64,000 bases of DNA from Octopus vulgaris. Its lineage: Eukaryota. The notes under the pieces are model-generated. The model did no database searches. It was not told where the DNA came from and worked only from the letters and a program-made list of their open reading frames with translations. Below, piece by piece: positions 27,783-41,060 of the stretch; positions within the stretch are counted from its first letter, which is position 1, and each line of letters begins with the position of its first letter. Where the stretch lies: NCBI GenBank assembly GCA_951406725.2, contig OX597831.1, positions 83,142,001 to 83,206,000 on the forward strand, read 5' to 3'. Position numbers and translations under genes: made by a program.

Positions 27783-27974
27783 TCCTTTCTATTATAGGTA
27801 CAATGCCTGCAATTTGGGGGAGGGGATAGTCAATTACATCAACCCCCAGTACTCAACTGGTACTTAATTTATTGACCCCAAAAGTATGGAAGGTAGAATC
27901 GACCTTGACAGAATTTGACCGCAGAACATAACGACAGGTGAAATACCTCCTAAGCATTTTGTAGCTCACCACTT
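27783..27974 (-). mobile_element. (ATT)n-tailed tRNA-derived SINE embedded in (TAA)n
   Basis: ACATCAACCCCCAGTACTCAACTGGTACTT..GACCCC..GAATTTGA..TAAGCATTT family signature. Confidence 0.8.
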
Positions 27975-28025
27975 TAATAATAATAATAATAATAATAATA
28001 ATGACAATAATAATAATAATAATAA

Positions 28026-31000
28026 GCGGATTACAAAAACCATGTACCCGAAAATTGAACCAAATTCTGATTGAAAAATCAGCTACTGGATCAGATCTTC
28101 CCAACACACAGGAGCTGGACGTACCCAACAACCGGAATATTCCAACAGATGGCCATCCATGCCTTCTACCATGCCATATATTTCCCCACAGATAAATCTA
28201 ACACTGCACAAACATACTTAAACTGGAGACAGAAACACCCTGAAGTAAGACCCTCCATAGACAGTAACAAACTTGCCAACGTCAGAAGAAACATTATAAA
28301 AAACAAATTACTGACTGAAGTAGAGATTGATCACATTAGACAAGCAATATCGGATAAAATGAACGAAGCTGCAGCTAGAGAAGATAATACAGAGGAAATA
28401 ATTATAGACCAGCTCAGAGCTAATAAAAACGAAGTAAGCATTGAAAGAGTTAGTATAAGTGATAGGCAAAGTGAAATACTCCCTGAACCAATCATAAACA
28501 CTAAGACAGATGAACATCAAATAGATAAAGAAAGTCACACAAATATTGACCCAACAGAACTACATGAGCTAAAAAATCAAATCATGATTGAATGGCTGAA
28601 AATTAAAGAAACCAGTATGGATGAACGTGATACACTCCCTAAAATCCGCAACTCTAACCAAAACATGAAAATAATTGGTAAAATCCGGCTTGCACTTAAG
28701 GATATAATTTCAGCTAATGATGTTGATATCACAAATCTCAACCACCTATACTATGCATCCGCGAAAATCTCAACGATCCTAATTGGTGTAAAGATTAGAA
28801 AACGGCAACATTCCCACAAAAAGCCTTCTTGGCAAGAGCGTTTGCAACAACAAATTAAACTATTTAGATCTGACATTGAATATTTGAAAAACCTTAAGGT
28901 TCACAAGACTACCAAACCTACAAAAACCCCAAAATTAATGAAAAAATACAATATGAAAACTATACTTGATATTGATGCCACCATAGAAACCATCAAGCAA
29001 AAGGTATCTGCTAAAGCTGCCCACATAGCGAGGTATGAAAAGCGTGTTAGATTCTTCAAGGACAACAACATGTTCAAAAATAACCCCAAAAATCTTTACA
29101 GGAAGATAGGAAAAACACCAGTTATTGTAAAGTCTGTACCATCAAAAGAAGAAGTGCAGGGATTTTGGAATAAAATTTGGGCAGAAGAAAAACCACACAA
29201 CGAAAAGGCCCCCTGGATTGACAGAATGTCTACAGAAGTGGACTCCTTAGAAGAGCAAAAGTGGGAGGGTGTCAAGGTAGAAGATATAAGATCTGCTCTC
29301 AGGAGGTCAAGCAAATGGAAGTCTCCAGGAAAGGATAAAATTCCTAACTTCTGGCTGAATGCCTTCCCAGAGAGCCATGAACTTCTAACAGAACTGTATA
29401 ATGATGTTTTGCAACACCCTAGTAGGATGCCTCCTTGGCTAGTTAATGGGTTAACATTCCTGCTTCCAAAAAGTGAAGAAACAAATGAACCAAAACACTA
29501 TAGACCCATAACCTGCTTAACAACTATGTATAAAACGCTAACATCTGTCCTGACGGAATATACCTATAGTTTTTTAACAGACAGCAGCATATTCCCTAAT
29601 GAACAGAGAGGATGTAAACGTGGATCCTATGGTTGTAAAGATCAACTACTCATCAATAAGATGATCTTAGAAGATTGTCATAAACGACACAAAAACTTAT
29701 CAATAGCCTGGATAGACTATAAAAAGGCCTTTGATAGTGTATCACATAGCTGGATTAAGAAATGCCTGGAAATGTATAAGATAGCACCTACTCTGCGAAA
29801 CTTTTTGTCTGTAAGTATGAGATCATGGAGAACCACACTAACTTTAAACAGTGACAATGAATCTCTAAATGCTGGTGATGTAAAAATTTCATGTGGCATT
29901 TTCCAGGGCGACTCACTATCACCGCTCCTCTTCTGTTTAGCCTTAATACCTCTCTCAAAACTGCTCAATGACGCACAGTACGGGTATAAAATGGTGGATA
30001 AAAATATAAATCATCTCATTTACATGGATGATTTAAAGCTTTTTGCAAAAAATGACCAACAACTCAAGGGCTTACTAGCGATTGTCAAACAATTCAGTGA
30101 TCACATCAGAATGCAATTTGGCCTCGATTAATGTGCAAAAGCTACCTTTATCAAATGAAAAATGACAAGAAACATCTAATGTTAACCTTGACCAGCAGAA
30201 TGTCATAAAAGAATTAGACCCAGCGGAGAGCTACAAGTACCTAGGTGTAATTGAAGGGGACGGAATAAGGCATTCAGTGATGAAGGAAAGGATCAGGAGA
30301 GAATGTTATCGCAGAGTAAGAGCAATACTCAAGACAGAGCTGAATGCGAGAAACAGGATCGAAGCGATCAATGCATTAGCCATACCAGTCGTGACTTAAA
30401 GTTTCAATATCGTTAACTGGTCAATTACTGAAATATGTAATCTTGACAGAAAAATACGGAAACTGTTGACAATGCATAGAATGCACCACCCTAAGGCAGA
30501 TATACAGAACGACTTTATCTGCCAAGAAAAGAAGGAGGCCGTGGACTTTTACAACTGGCAATAACAATGAAGATTGCTACAATTGGCCTAGAACATCTAC
30601 CTGAAAATCTCTGAGGACTGGATGTTAAAACTTGTCTCAAAACATGAAAACAAGAAAGCATCATACTCAGTAACAAAACAGGCAAAGGAATATCTAAGTG
30701 AATTCCGAATACAACAAATTTCGGAATTAGAAATAGACATACAAGAAACAGGTACAGAAAAAGCTAGGCGCATGAAAACCCGTGCTAAATCTGTGGCCTT
30801 AGATATTCTGAATGATAAATGGCAAGAAAAACCTCTCTATGGCAAATACCCAAAGATAGTGAATAATGCAGATGTTGACAAAGCCCTGACCCATCAATGG
30901 CTAATGGCCTCTGGCTTAAAATCTGAAACTGAAGGGTTTATCATAGCAGCTTAAGATCAATGCCTACCAACAAGAAACTACCAGGCCAACATATTAAAGA

Positions 31001-31820
31001 ACGGCAGCTTCCCAACATGTCGTGTATTTCAACAACAAAATGAAATCATTGATCATGTTGTTTCCAAATGCAGTCTTCTAGCGCCTACAGAGTACCTCAA
31101 CAAGCACGATAGAGCTGCACAATATATTCACTGGGTAATTTGCAAAAACCTGGATTTGCCCCATGAAAAAAACTGGTGGGAACACAATCCACCTCCAGTG
31201 CTTGAAAATGACCACATCTCACTCCTCTGGAACTTCACCATTCAAACTGACAGAAAGATAGATGCAAATAGGCCAAACATCATATTGAAAGACTTCAGAC
31301 AAAGAACATGCCTCCTCATTGATATGACTGTCCCAATCGATATAAACATATCTGTCAAGACCTACCAAAAACTGAGCAAATATAAAGATCTTGAAATAGA
31401 AATCAGCAAAATGTGGAACCTGAAAACTAAAACAATACCCGTTGTCATAGGTGCCCTGGGAATGATAGCAAAAGGGGCTGATTGCTACCTAACTCAGATA
31501 CCAGGAAACCCAAAAATGGCAGAAATTCAAAAGATAGTGCTCATGGGAACTGCTCATATCCTACGCAAAATATTTTCAATGTAATCTCAAATTTTAAAAC
31601 AAACATAATTTCCGTATGGTTTTTTTAGACATTCACTAGTACAACACTAAATACAAAACCAAATATATGGCACACTAGGCATAACAACAACATGAACTTC
31701 CAACTTGTTGTTCCTTGAGATCTCTGGGTGAGACTTGGAGCCAACTTGTACAAATGTAAAGCAAAAGTCAAACATAGAATAATAGTAATAATAATAATAA
31801 TGATAATAATAATAATAATT
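28026..31820 (+). mobile_element. R4/Dong-clade non-LTR retrotransposon (RT + CCHC + restriction-like endonuclease), near full length
   Basis: WKSPGKD, YRPITCL, EQRGCKRG, WIDYKKAFDSV, GIFQGDSLSPLLF, YMDD; then CRV..E.IDHVVSKC, KHD, RPNII (RPD), LIDMTVP, KLSKY; (TAA)n at both ends. Confidence 0.93.
28071..31584 (+). pseudogene. Dong/R4 single ORF; intact for 686 codons, then stops and frameshifts
   Basis: ORFs 28071-30131, 30622-30954 and 31156-31584 are consecutive parts of one RT-RLE protein. Confidence 0.9.
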
Positions 31821-31844
31821 GTTATTATTATTATTATTAATAAT

Positions 31845-32040
31845 GGTTTCAGATTTTGCCACAAGGGCAACAGTTTCGGAATGAATCAATTACATTGATC
31901 CCAGTGTTCAACCGGTACATTTTTTATTGACCCTTAAAGGATGAAAGGCAAAGTTGACCTTGGCATAACTGTAAAGACAGACAAAATGCTGCTGAGCATT
32001 CCAGCCAGTGTGCTAACAATTCTGCCAGCTCGCTGCCTTA
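31845..32040 (-). mobile_element. (ATT)n-tailed tRNA-derived SINE
   Basis: GGTTTCAGATTTTGCCACAAGG..AAAGGATGAAAGGCAAAGTTGACC..CTGCCAGCTCGCTGCCTT. Confidence 0.85.
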
Positions 32041-33897
32041 GTAATGATGATGAGGATGATGATGATAATAATATGATAATGTCTATTTTGTTGCTTGTTG
32101 TTGACTTTAAATATGCAGCTGCCATTGTTTGGAGGGGAGGGGCAGAGGTACTTAACAGCTAATTAGTAGAGTGACACACTGAGTAGACATTAAGTAACAC
32201 CGTATAAGTTTCTTCTCAAATTAATAGTATTTAGACATTAAGGTGCCATGATTTCAAAAAGATTGAAGATAGTAGCACACTGACCTAACTAATGCGACAG
32301 AGGCCCCTGTGTGAAACCTCAGAAATAAAGTCTTGTCATGGCAACATTAATATTATTAAACTATTTGCTAACAAATTATCGTTAATTTCCTCATAGTTTT
32401 GCAATTTCAATAATGAAATGGTTTGAAATGTTATTAGAGTGAATTCAGTTGTGAATATTTAATAAACGGTTGATTTGATTCTATAAAACTATAATAAAAA
32501 TATATTTTACACAAAGGATGAACATCTCAAAAATTTGACAATAACAGAGAATTATTTCAAGTCTATGTTTCTATATCTGTTACAAATTGTAAAATAAAAA
32601 AAAAATTGTAAAATATTTAGGTTTTGTGATCAATAATAACAACTATCAGAATAGTTTGTTTTGAAGCCAGAAAATAACCTGATATTTTACTGTTTGGATC
32701 ACATTTTAATAATTAGAAACAATGAAGATAACAAGACAGCATTATGTCAGCATTTCATGAAAAGGTAGATATTGCTAATGTGAAGAATTTTAAAATACGA
32801 TGAGATATGGACTGTTATGGCAGATAAAAGAATAACATTAAAAAGATAAAAGTGTTTAAAATGAGGAAAACCTTTACAAAAAAAAAATTTGAAAATTAAA
32901 GAAATGTTTCATAAGCTGAGACATTTCCTACCATTATGCCACAATATAGTTGTGTGCCTCAGAACAGGGGTGTGCCACCTATGGCATGCAGATTAGCAAG
33001 TATTTGAGGCAAGTCAGAAAATGCCAAAGAGACATAACTTAAATATATCTCCCAGACTTTATGCCACCAAAGTCACCTCAGTTCCAGGTTGTAGTGTTAC
33101 GGCTCCAAAAGATTGAAACCTACTTTCTTCTTAGATTCTCAAGAATGAATTACCATTTTATGAGTTGGGAAGTCAGAGAAACAGGAAGAAATCAATGTCC
33201 TTGAAATCCATGTGAAGTATTGTCTAAATTTACCAAAATCAAACAGAATTGAAATGATCCCCCAGCCAAACACACACACACACACACATGGGAAGTAATA
33301 AATTCTCATTTTAATATTGGTCATATTTTAAAAACAGCTGAATGATTGTTGAAACAGAGAGGAGGCTGTGTTTATAAAATTCTTGACAAGTGAAAAGTAG
33401 TGATTGTGTGAATATCTGTGAATAGATTTGAGGATTTGAAGTAAACAGCAGCAACATAAATAATAAGGAGAGAAATCCTCACTCTGATACACATTATTGA
33501 TCTTATTATCAGGTATTAATGACTCATTTCTTGCAGCTACTTTCTTCGGTAAGTTGCTGATTCAAGAAAGAGGGTGCTAATTTTATGCTTGAATAGCCAA
33601 ACCTTTCCTCAATCACATTTCATTAAACTCCAACAAATGTTCCACTCCCAAAATGCTATGCTTTCTACCAATGTCATCACAAACTGGAGCAACTACAAAA
33701 AGAAAAAAAAAAAAACCAGACTCAATTCAAAAATCTATTCCCTCCTATTTCTAATATTAGCAAAGGAAATTTCTCAAAATGGTATCAGTTTATTTTCGCA
33801 TTTTTTTCTTACCGTCAATCTATTATTTTCCTAACAATGTGGGGTTTTGTGCCAATTCTAGAAATTATCATTATTATTATCATTATTATTATCATTT

Positions 33898-34200
33898 TTG
33901 AGAGAGCAGCGCATGCCATCAAAGTGACACTGGGGTACAAATATATGAAGTCCAATATACCCATCATGACTACCCATCTGATAAGGGTACACCGGGCACA
34001 TGCATCACAACCATATGTGCACAACATGGTGATCTCATATCAAGATAAACAGTGGGGCCCAGTTAGAATTTTCTTCAGGCTGAGTAGCCCATCTCATTCA
34101 AATGGCCCTTGAATAAAGGTTGTTCAAGGATATTCAGCGAAACACCCTTGTTTCCAGAGGTGAATTATTCAAACCCCAAAGAATTCCTCTCAACACATGT
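33898..34200 (-). mobile_element. Non-coding interspersed repeat (partial copy), flanked by (TTA)n
   Basis: Collinear with 60135-60450 (CATGACTACCC.TCTGATAAGGGTACAC; GTTTCCAGAGGTGAATTATTCAAACCCCAAAG). Confidence 0.8.
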
Positions 34201-34215
34201 CTTATTATTATCCTT

Positions 34216-34600
34216 GGCAGATGTGGCTGTGTGGGAGGAGGCTTGCTTCCCAACCACATGGTTCCAGGTTCAGTTCTACTGTGTAGCACCTTGAGAAATG
34301 TCTTCAGATATAAGCCCCAGGAGTGGATCTGGCAGATGAAAACTGAAAGAAGCCTATCGTTATATATATATGTGTGTGAAAGTGTGTGTGTGTGTGTGTG
34401 TGTGTGCATTTGACCCAACTCCACCATCATTCCTTGACAACCAGTGTTGGTCTGTTTACATCCCTGCAACTTAGCAGTTCAGCAAAGAGGTAGATACAAT
34501 AACAAGCTTAAAAATTAAGTGCAGGGGTCAAATTTTTTGACTAAACCCATCATGGTGGTGCTCCAACATGGCCACAATGACTGAAACAAGTATAAGATAA
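34216..34600 (+). mobile_element. tRNA-derived SINE (same family as 18711)
   Basis: TGGCTGTGTGG..CCAACCACATGGTTCCAGGTTCAG..ATGACTGAAACAAGT. Confidence 0.85.
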
Positions 34601-36645
34601 AAAAAATTATTGCACACATGAAGACAGAGTCTTTGACTCTGCTTATAGAGTTTTATGGACAAATTCTTATTTCTGTCGTCACTCAAAACAAGTCTTCCTT
34701 AATCCTAGCTGAAGTTCACTGCAAATGAGAAGTGCTGACTGTCAATCAACATATACAAACAGTCAAACACGTTAATTCATCAATCACATCAATCAAAAAA
34801 GAATTAACCTTTACTTTAGTTTCTACAGCATTAAGAAGAGAAATCTCTTCCCCAGGACAAAACACTAAGCTCTAATCGATTGAGAATAACTTTCCTAGAT
34901 AAACTTAACGTGCATTCCCTACAGTAAGATGAACAGATTTAATGAGAGTTCTCCCTGGAAACAATAAAATATCTGCAAAGGATTTGAACTCATAATTCAG
35001 GTCACATGGAACTGTGTGTCCTCCCACAATATTCCAAGATGTAATATGAAACATCAAGTGAAGAGGACATTAATCTGTAGTTAATCTTAATTGAAGAAAT
35101 ATAATTAATGTGTTTGATGTGATAGCTATGAAGAAGAGAATATGTAGACAGGATTTAATAAAGGAAACAGCTTGGAAGGATGCAAATATTTTAAAGTTGC
35201 TAATATCAGAATTCACGGATGGCAGTGACATGGAGATCAAAGAGAATATTCCTTAGATCAAGAGCCATTTTATTGACTGCTTCAACAGTTCATTATCACT
35301 CAAAGTCAACTATGATTAACACTTTAAGAAGGGCCTATGTTTTATATCCAGTTTTAATGAGGTTCGAATGGTACACTTACAAACAAGAGGGTTTAAATGT
35401 TTTACAGTAAACAGCCAAGTTCAATAGCTAGTTCAATACTAGTTAAGTACAATAACCATTCAAATACTATTTAACTACAAGGGTGGACTGAAAAGTTCAT
35501 AGGCTGATTATGAAGGAATAACGCTAGAGCTGTGAAATTTTGCATGTATTAATTTCAGCCCTTCTTATTACTAACTGCATTATTTCTTTCCAGACAAACT
35601 GACATCTGACTATTCAAAGAAGATTTCAAATGTAACTGGTAGCGACTTCTCTTGAAAATGGACAAAATTTGGTATCTTGATGTTATCAAGTACCTGTAGA
35701 AAAAGAGTTAAGCCCCCAAGGATATCCATGCTGACATGATTGCTACATTAAGGGATGATGTTTCAGTTTTATCAGCAATCCAAAAGTGGGCAGCTGAATA
35801 TCGGAGGGAAAGGGAAAGTTTTGAAGATAATCCAAGGTGTGGACGCTCTGCCACCACCAAGGAAAACATTGATCATGTTCACCACCGAGTGATGGATGAC
35901 AAGTGATTGACTATCAATCAAATAGCCAATGCTGTTAGCATATCTCATGAGAGAGTTGAGAATATTCTGCACAATGAACTTGACTTGGTTAAGGTTTTCT
36001 GCTCAGTGAGGGCCACATCTTCTGACACCTGATCAAAAGCACACCAGCTTGATCACATCAAGTGAAAATCTGACATTGTTTGAGGCAGATTGAAATGATT
36101 TCCTAAAAGATTTCCTAACTCAGGTTGAGTGTTGGATCGCTTTGAACTAGAGACAAAGAGACAAGCCATGCAGTGGAAACATCCTTCCTCACCAGCTCCA
36201 AAGAAGGCCAAGGTTGTTTCATCTGCAGGGAAGGTGATGGCCTCAAGTTTTTGGGATGCAAATATCATTGAGTTTATTGACTACCTTCAAAAAGGCCACA
36301 CCATCAGTGGAGAGTATTCTGCCAACTTGCTGAGGCAGTTACAAAATGCAATCAAGACCAGACACCCAGGAAAATTGATGAAAGGAGTCTTGTTTCATCA
36401 GGACAATGCTCCAGCACACAAGTACTTGGTTTCAATGGCTGCTGTGTGTGACAGTGGCTTTGAAGGGGTTCATCAACCTCCCTATTCTCCTGATTTGGCC
36501 CCATCTCACTATCATCTTCTCCTGAACATGAAAAAGTATGTGGCTAGGAACCAGCATCACAGTGATGATGATGATGATGATGTCGTCATCAGCTGTTGGT
36601 GATATTTTGGACCAACAGAATGAAAGCTTCTTCACCAATAGGATT

Positions 36646-38043
36646 TTTGCTGTTTGTTCTTTCTCGAGCCATACCTGGCTCATAAGGGCCAGTTTCCCGG
36701 TTTCTTTAGTGTAAAGGTTCCCCACCTAGACGGGATGCCGGTCCGTCGCAGGTGAGCTGCAAGATGCAGGAGGAGGAAAGAGTGAGAGAAAGTTGTGGCA
36801 AAAGAGTCAGCAGAAGTTCACCATTACCTTCTGCTGGAGCCGTGTGGAGCTTAGATGTTTCGCTCGTAACCCTTTCGTTACCAAACCGCCCAAAGCTGCC
36901 TGAAAAAAATTTTGGTTAATGTGACCAAACCGCTCAAAGCCACCCGTATTTACCTATTCATATTTAAATGAGAATATCAGAGCAAATCTCTTTAGTACAT
37001 TCATGAAAACATGTGATTATACTTCGTAAACAGTTCATCTACAGTTTTGTACAAAGATTGACGTGTAATTTTAATTCCCTGAATTTTGGGAGATTTTTTT
37101 CCACATTTTTTTCGGCATCGATTTTTCTTCAACTTTTAAAATGGATAGGAGTTTCATGTTATCAAGCATTGATTCCGAATTGGAAAATTTGTGAAGCAAA
37201 TACTGGGTACTGTTGTGGATTTAGTTTTTATATAAGGAAACTAATGTTAGTCAGCATGGCTTAGGGTGCAATGTGGTCTGGAAGTTATTGTTTGAAGCGA
37301 TCAATGCGGAAACAAACTTACGCAGAATGTAAACAAACACAAAATGAGGGTTCAAATTTCGGAAAATTTGTGAAGCAAATACTGGGTACTGCGTGGATTT
37401 AGTTTTTATACAGGGAAAATAATGTTAGTCAGCATGGCCTAGGGAACGATGTGGTCTGGAATTTATCACTTCCATACCATAACCAGGGCCGTATATTATT
37501 TTTTGACCGATTTCTTTAGTTCGGTCAAACTTGCGGTGGATTCCAGTATTTCACTTTATTCCACCTTTATGGTACACCTGTTGTGCATTAAATTCAACTG
37601 ATGATATAGTGATGTGCACAATTCTTCTTTATCAAAATTTTGTTGCATACGCATATGAATATTAGCTGATGATTCATTTTCTATGGTGATGTTTAAACAA
37701 AATTTTAATATTTTTACCTTTTGCTCAATTTACCTGGATTTACCTGTAATTAAAGTCACTTTGAGACAAAAGTTATGCAATAGAATTGATTAAGAACCCT
37801 TTCTTTAATTATGTTCCAAATATCACATTAATATGTTGATAAGTGGAAAAGTTACAGTTATTTAATGAAACAAGCCTAGATTCATGATTAATTTAGAATT
37901 TAAGTGAAACTCATGAGGGGTGTATTTTGGTCAGAAATATAGTAACGAAAGGGTTAAACACACACATCGACCGGTTTGAGATTCGAACCCATAATCCCTC
38001 GACTGCGAGCCTGATGCTCTAATCACTAGGCCATGTGCCTCCA
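36646..38043 (-). mobile_element. OR-like tRNA-Arg SINE inserted in the mariner, split by a MITE
   Basis: Head TGGCCTAGTG..CTCGC..GTTCGAATC at 37958-38043, body at 36646-36869; 13-bp TSD CACCAATAGGATT (36633-36645) / CACCAATGGGATT (38044-38056). Confidence 0.88.
36870..37953. mobile_element. Non-autonomous piggyBac-like element (MITE)
   Basis: TIR CCCTTTCGTTAC / GTAACGAAAGGG; flanks GTAA and TTAA; internal ~100-bp direct repeat (37181-37282, 37360-37461). Confidence 0.85.
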
Positions 38044-38701
38044 CACCAATGGGATTCAAGCACTGCAACATAAATGGAAGAAGTGTTTGGACCACAAAGG
38101 GGAACATGTGGAAAAATCAGCTTGATTTGGTCACATTCCATAAGAATATCTCGGTCGGCCTTTGACCCTCATTCAATAACTAATTAAGGATTAATTATGT
38201 GCTTTACTGTAGTAATTTCAAATCCTGTCAATCTTTCATCTTACATCAATGAATACCATTAGTAAATCAGTAATATGCCATTGGTCACTAAATTCTTTAG
38301 AAAAATGAATTTGTGTTCAAGAAGAAATATCCAAAGGTAAGGACATGACCATTTTTCACTTTCAACCAAGGAATACCGTAATGTTATGGGACCAAAGTTG
38401 AAACCATGCGATTATGAGGCAAACATTTCAATCCCACAACTACATCTGTGTCAAATGTAGAACTGCATGTTCTAATGCCAGAAGGCCAAGTTCAGTTTCC
38501 TTCTCTCTCAGAAGCAGAATGACAAACACTACACTCACACACACACACACACAGAGTTAAAGATTATATCTTTAACAGATCCTGCTCTTTCTTCTTTATA
38601 ATCCCTCATTATTATAATATAATCCCAGGAAATAAGCTTAAAAACAGATCTCCAGAAGAATTATGTTTTTGTTAATAGCTACACTTAAAACTAAATGAAT
38701 T

Positions 38702-38904
38702 TCTCTTTTACTCTCTTTTACTTGTTTCAGTCATTTGACTGTGGCCATGCTGGGGCACCACATTTAGTCAAGCAAATCAACCCTAGGATTTATTCTTTGT
38801 AAGCCTAGTACTTATTCTATCGGTCCTTTTGCCGAACCGCTAAGTGACGGGGACGTAAACACACCAGCATCGGTTGTCAAGCAATGTTGGAGGGACAAAC
38901 ACAG

Positions 38905-38943
<39 letters not shown>

Positions 38944-39096
38944 CGATGGGTTTCCGTCTACCAAATCCACTCACAAGGCTTTGGTTGGCCCAAGGCTATA
39001 GCAGAAAACACTTGCCCAAGGTGCCACACAGTGGGACTGAACCCAAAACCATGTGGTTGGTAAGCAAGCTACTTACCACACAGCCACTCTTGCGCC
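38702..39096 (-). mobile_element. tRNA-derived SINE (same family as 18711)
   Basis: Reverse complement of 18711-19132. Confidence 0.9.
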
Positions 39097-40921
39097 TAAT
39101 TTAATAAGTTTTTAAATAAATACCAATAACGATTATTCAACTATTTACAATAATTAGTTAAAGAGAAAGAAATGGGACTGTAATGATGTTTTTTAAAGAA
39201 TGACAATTCTTTGGACGTTGTCAAGTTAACCTTGCAATCTTTATGATTTTAGTAATAAATGTCAACAATTTGTAACAGAAGAACTTTCCATTTTATGAAG
39301 AAATTCAAAAAATTAGAGCCAATGGTCATGCATGACCTTTTTCTGGGTGTTTGAGATTGGTGAGAGCAAGAAAAGAAGTTCCTCTGCAATTGGAAGTCTG
39401 GCCCAAATATTCGGCATAGAATGGATTCCACTAAAGGTACCCAAGAACTTGGTGGTCATTAAGCCAGTCTGTCACCCAGGAACAGACTTCCAACAAGAGT
39501 TTTTCTCTGCCAACTTTCAGTCACAAGACATTGCTTGATCAGAGGTTATGGGAAGGTGTCATGCAGTGGGATCGAACCAGAATTCATTGTGTTTTGAAGC
39601 AAATTATTTAACCTCACAATCATGCCTTGGTAGTTATTTCGAATGCCCCTGGTGGCATGAAAGACAAAGCTAGCTCATAGAGAATTTGAACTCAGAATGT
39701 ACAGAGGTGAAACTAAATAATCTTAACAGTGGTGCTTCAATCATTCCATTAACCACTTCCACCAGAAATTGAAGTTTTGTCAACGAAAGGATCTAGATTA
39801 GTGATTCCAGCCATTTTCTGGAGAAAGAAAAAATTAATTCATTAAGTTCAGCACTCGACTGTCTTGTGACAGCTTTTTGCTATTTTAACAACAGTTACAA
39901 CAGAGAGAGAGGGGGGAGGGGGGATAAGCAAGCGAGATATGCTACATATAATTTAATCATAGTGTAACAAGTACTTTTATCATTTGCTGGACATTTACCA
40001 AAATGGTGCCATAGACAAACAGTGAATGATTGAAATATAAATTTGAGGAATGGCTATAGATTTTTGGAATCACATGATGGAAATATGAAGCTGCAGAGTA
40101 TCTGAGTAGAAACTAATTGATAGTCAAAATACACAGAAATGTGTGTGTACACACGTGCTTCGCGTGTAATAGCTTTACACACATGCCTACATATGTATGT
40201 GTGTATGTATTCCCAATAAATACATGTGGGGCATAGAGCAATTATTTTAAGCAGACAACTGTCAGTAACTGATGGCTTTTTAGCTTGTTTCTCTTATTAA
40301 GGGTAAGTGTATGACATATATAAGGGTAGCTATTAAGAGTGTCTCTATGACATACAACATGCATATATTCTTAATCTTTACCTTTGTATGTCATGTACAG
40401 AATCAACTATAAGGGGTGTGTCTATTATATATATTGGGGTAGCTATAAAGGGTATGATTATATCATACACAAAGATGGCTACAAATCAACGAAAGATTCC
40501 ACAACTTGCTAGAAATAACAGTCAAACTACACTCAAACATTCTACAAAAAATGGGGGACACGTGAGGATACATTACATCTTAATGGAAGATATGACGATC
40601 ATAATGGAATGCCATCGATGCCAGATCTGCTCTGTCAGGACTGACTTGGGCTAAACAGCAACACAGGAAGTCACTTAACAGTTGTCCATCCTGCTAAAAA
40701 CAAAAGCTAAATCCTCATGAATCACACTGAATTGAGACACATACATTGGGGTAGAGGTAGCATTGAAATCCTAGGGAGCTGCAAAGGGATTCGACATTGG
40801 CAATTGTTGGGTCATAGAGAAAGATGATTTAGGGTGGAACAGACCTACCCGGGGTCTACAACAACAGTAACATTAATTTATTGTATGTATGTGTGTGTGT
40901 GTATTTATATATATATATATA

Positions 40922-41060
40922 TCAGCCAACCAGGCTATCAGGTGTTGCTACACATCGCTGGTCACATTGTTTTAGCCTTCAAATAACGCCACCCCGCTGG
41001 CTAAGCAAGCAGGCCTACAGAAGAAAGAGTGAGAGAAAGTTGTGGTGAAAGAGTACAGCA
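40922..41060 (-). mobile_element. OR-like SINE fragment with a third type of 3' tail
   Basis: Core AAGAGTGAGAGAAAGTTGTGG shared with 20749 and 36646. Confidence 0.7.

Larger units (their letters stand above)
35478..38172 (+). mobile_element. Mariner (DD34D) DNA transposon, decayed and interrupted at ~36645-38043
   Basis: TA-CAAGGGTGGACTGAAAAGTTC left end; MDKIWY..VIKYL; QWKHPSSP, GKVMAS.FWD, FHQDNAPAH, YSPDLAPS; resumes after the insert with NGIQALQHKWKKCLDHKGEHVEK. Confidence 0.92.

Noticed and set aside
39350-39520. Weak inverted repeat around TTGGAAGTCTG / CAGACTTCCAA
   Set aside because: Only an 11-bp exact match with poor extension
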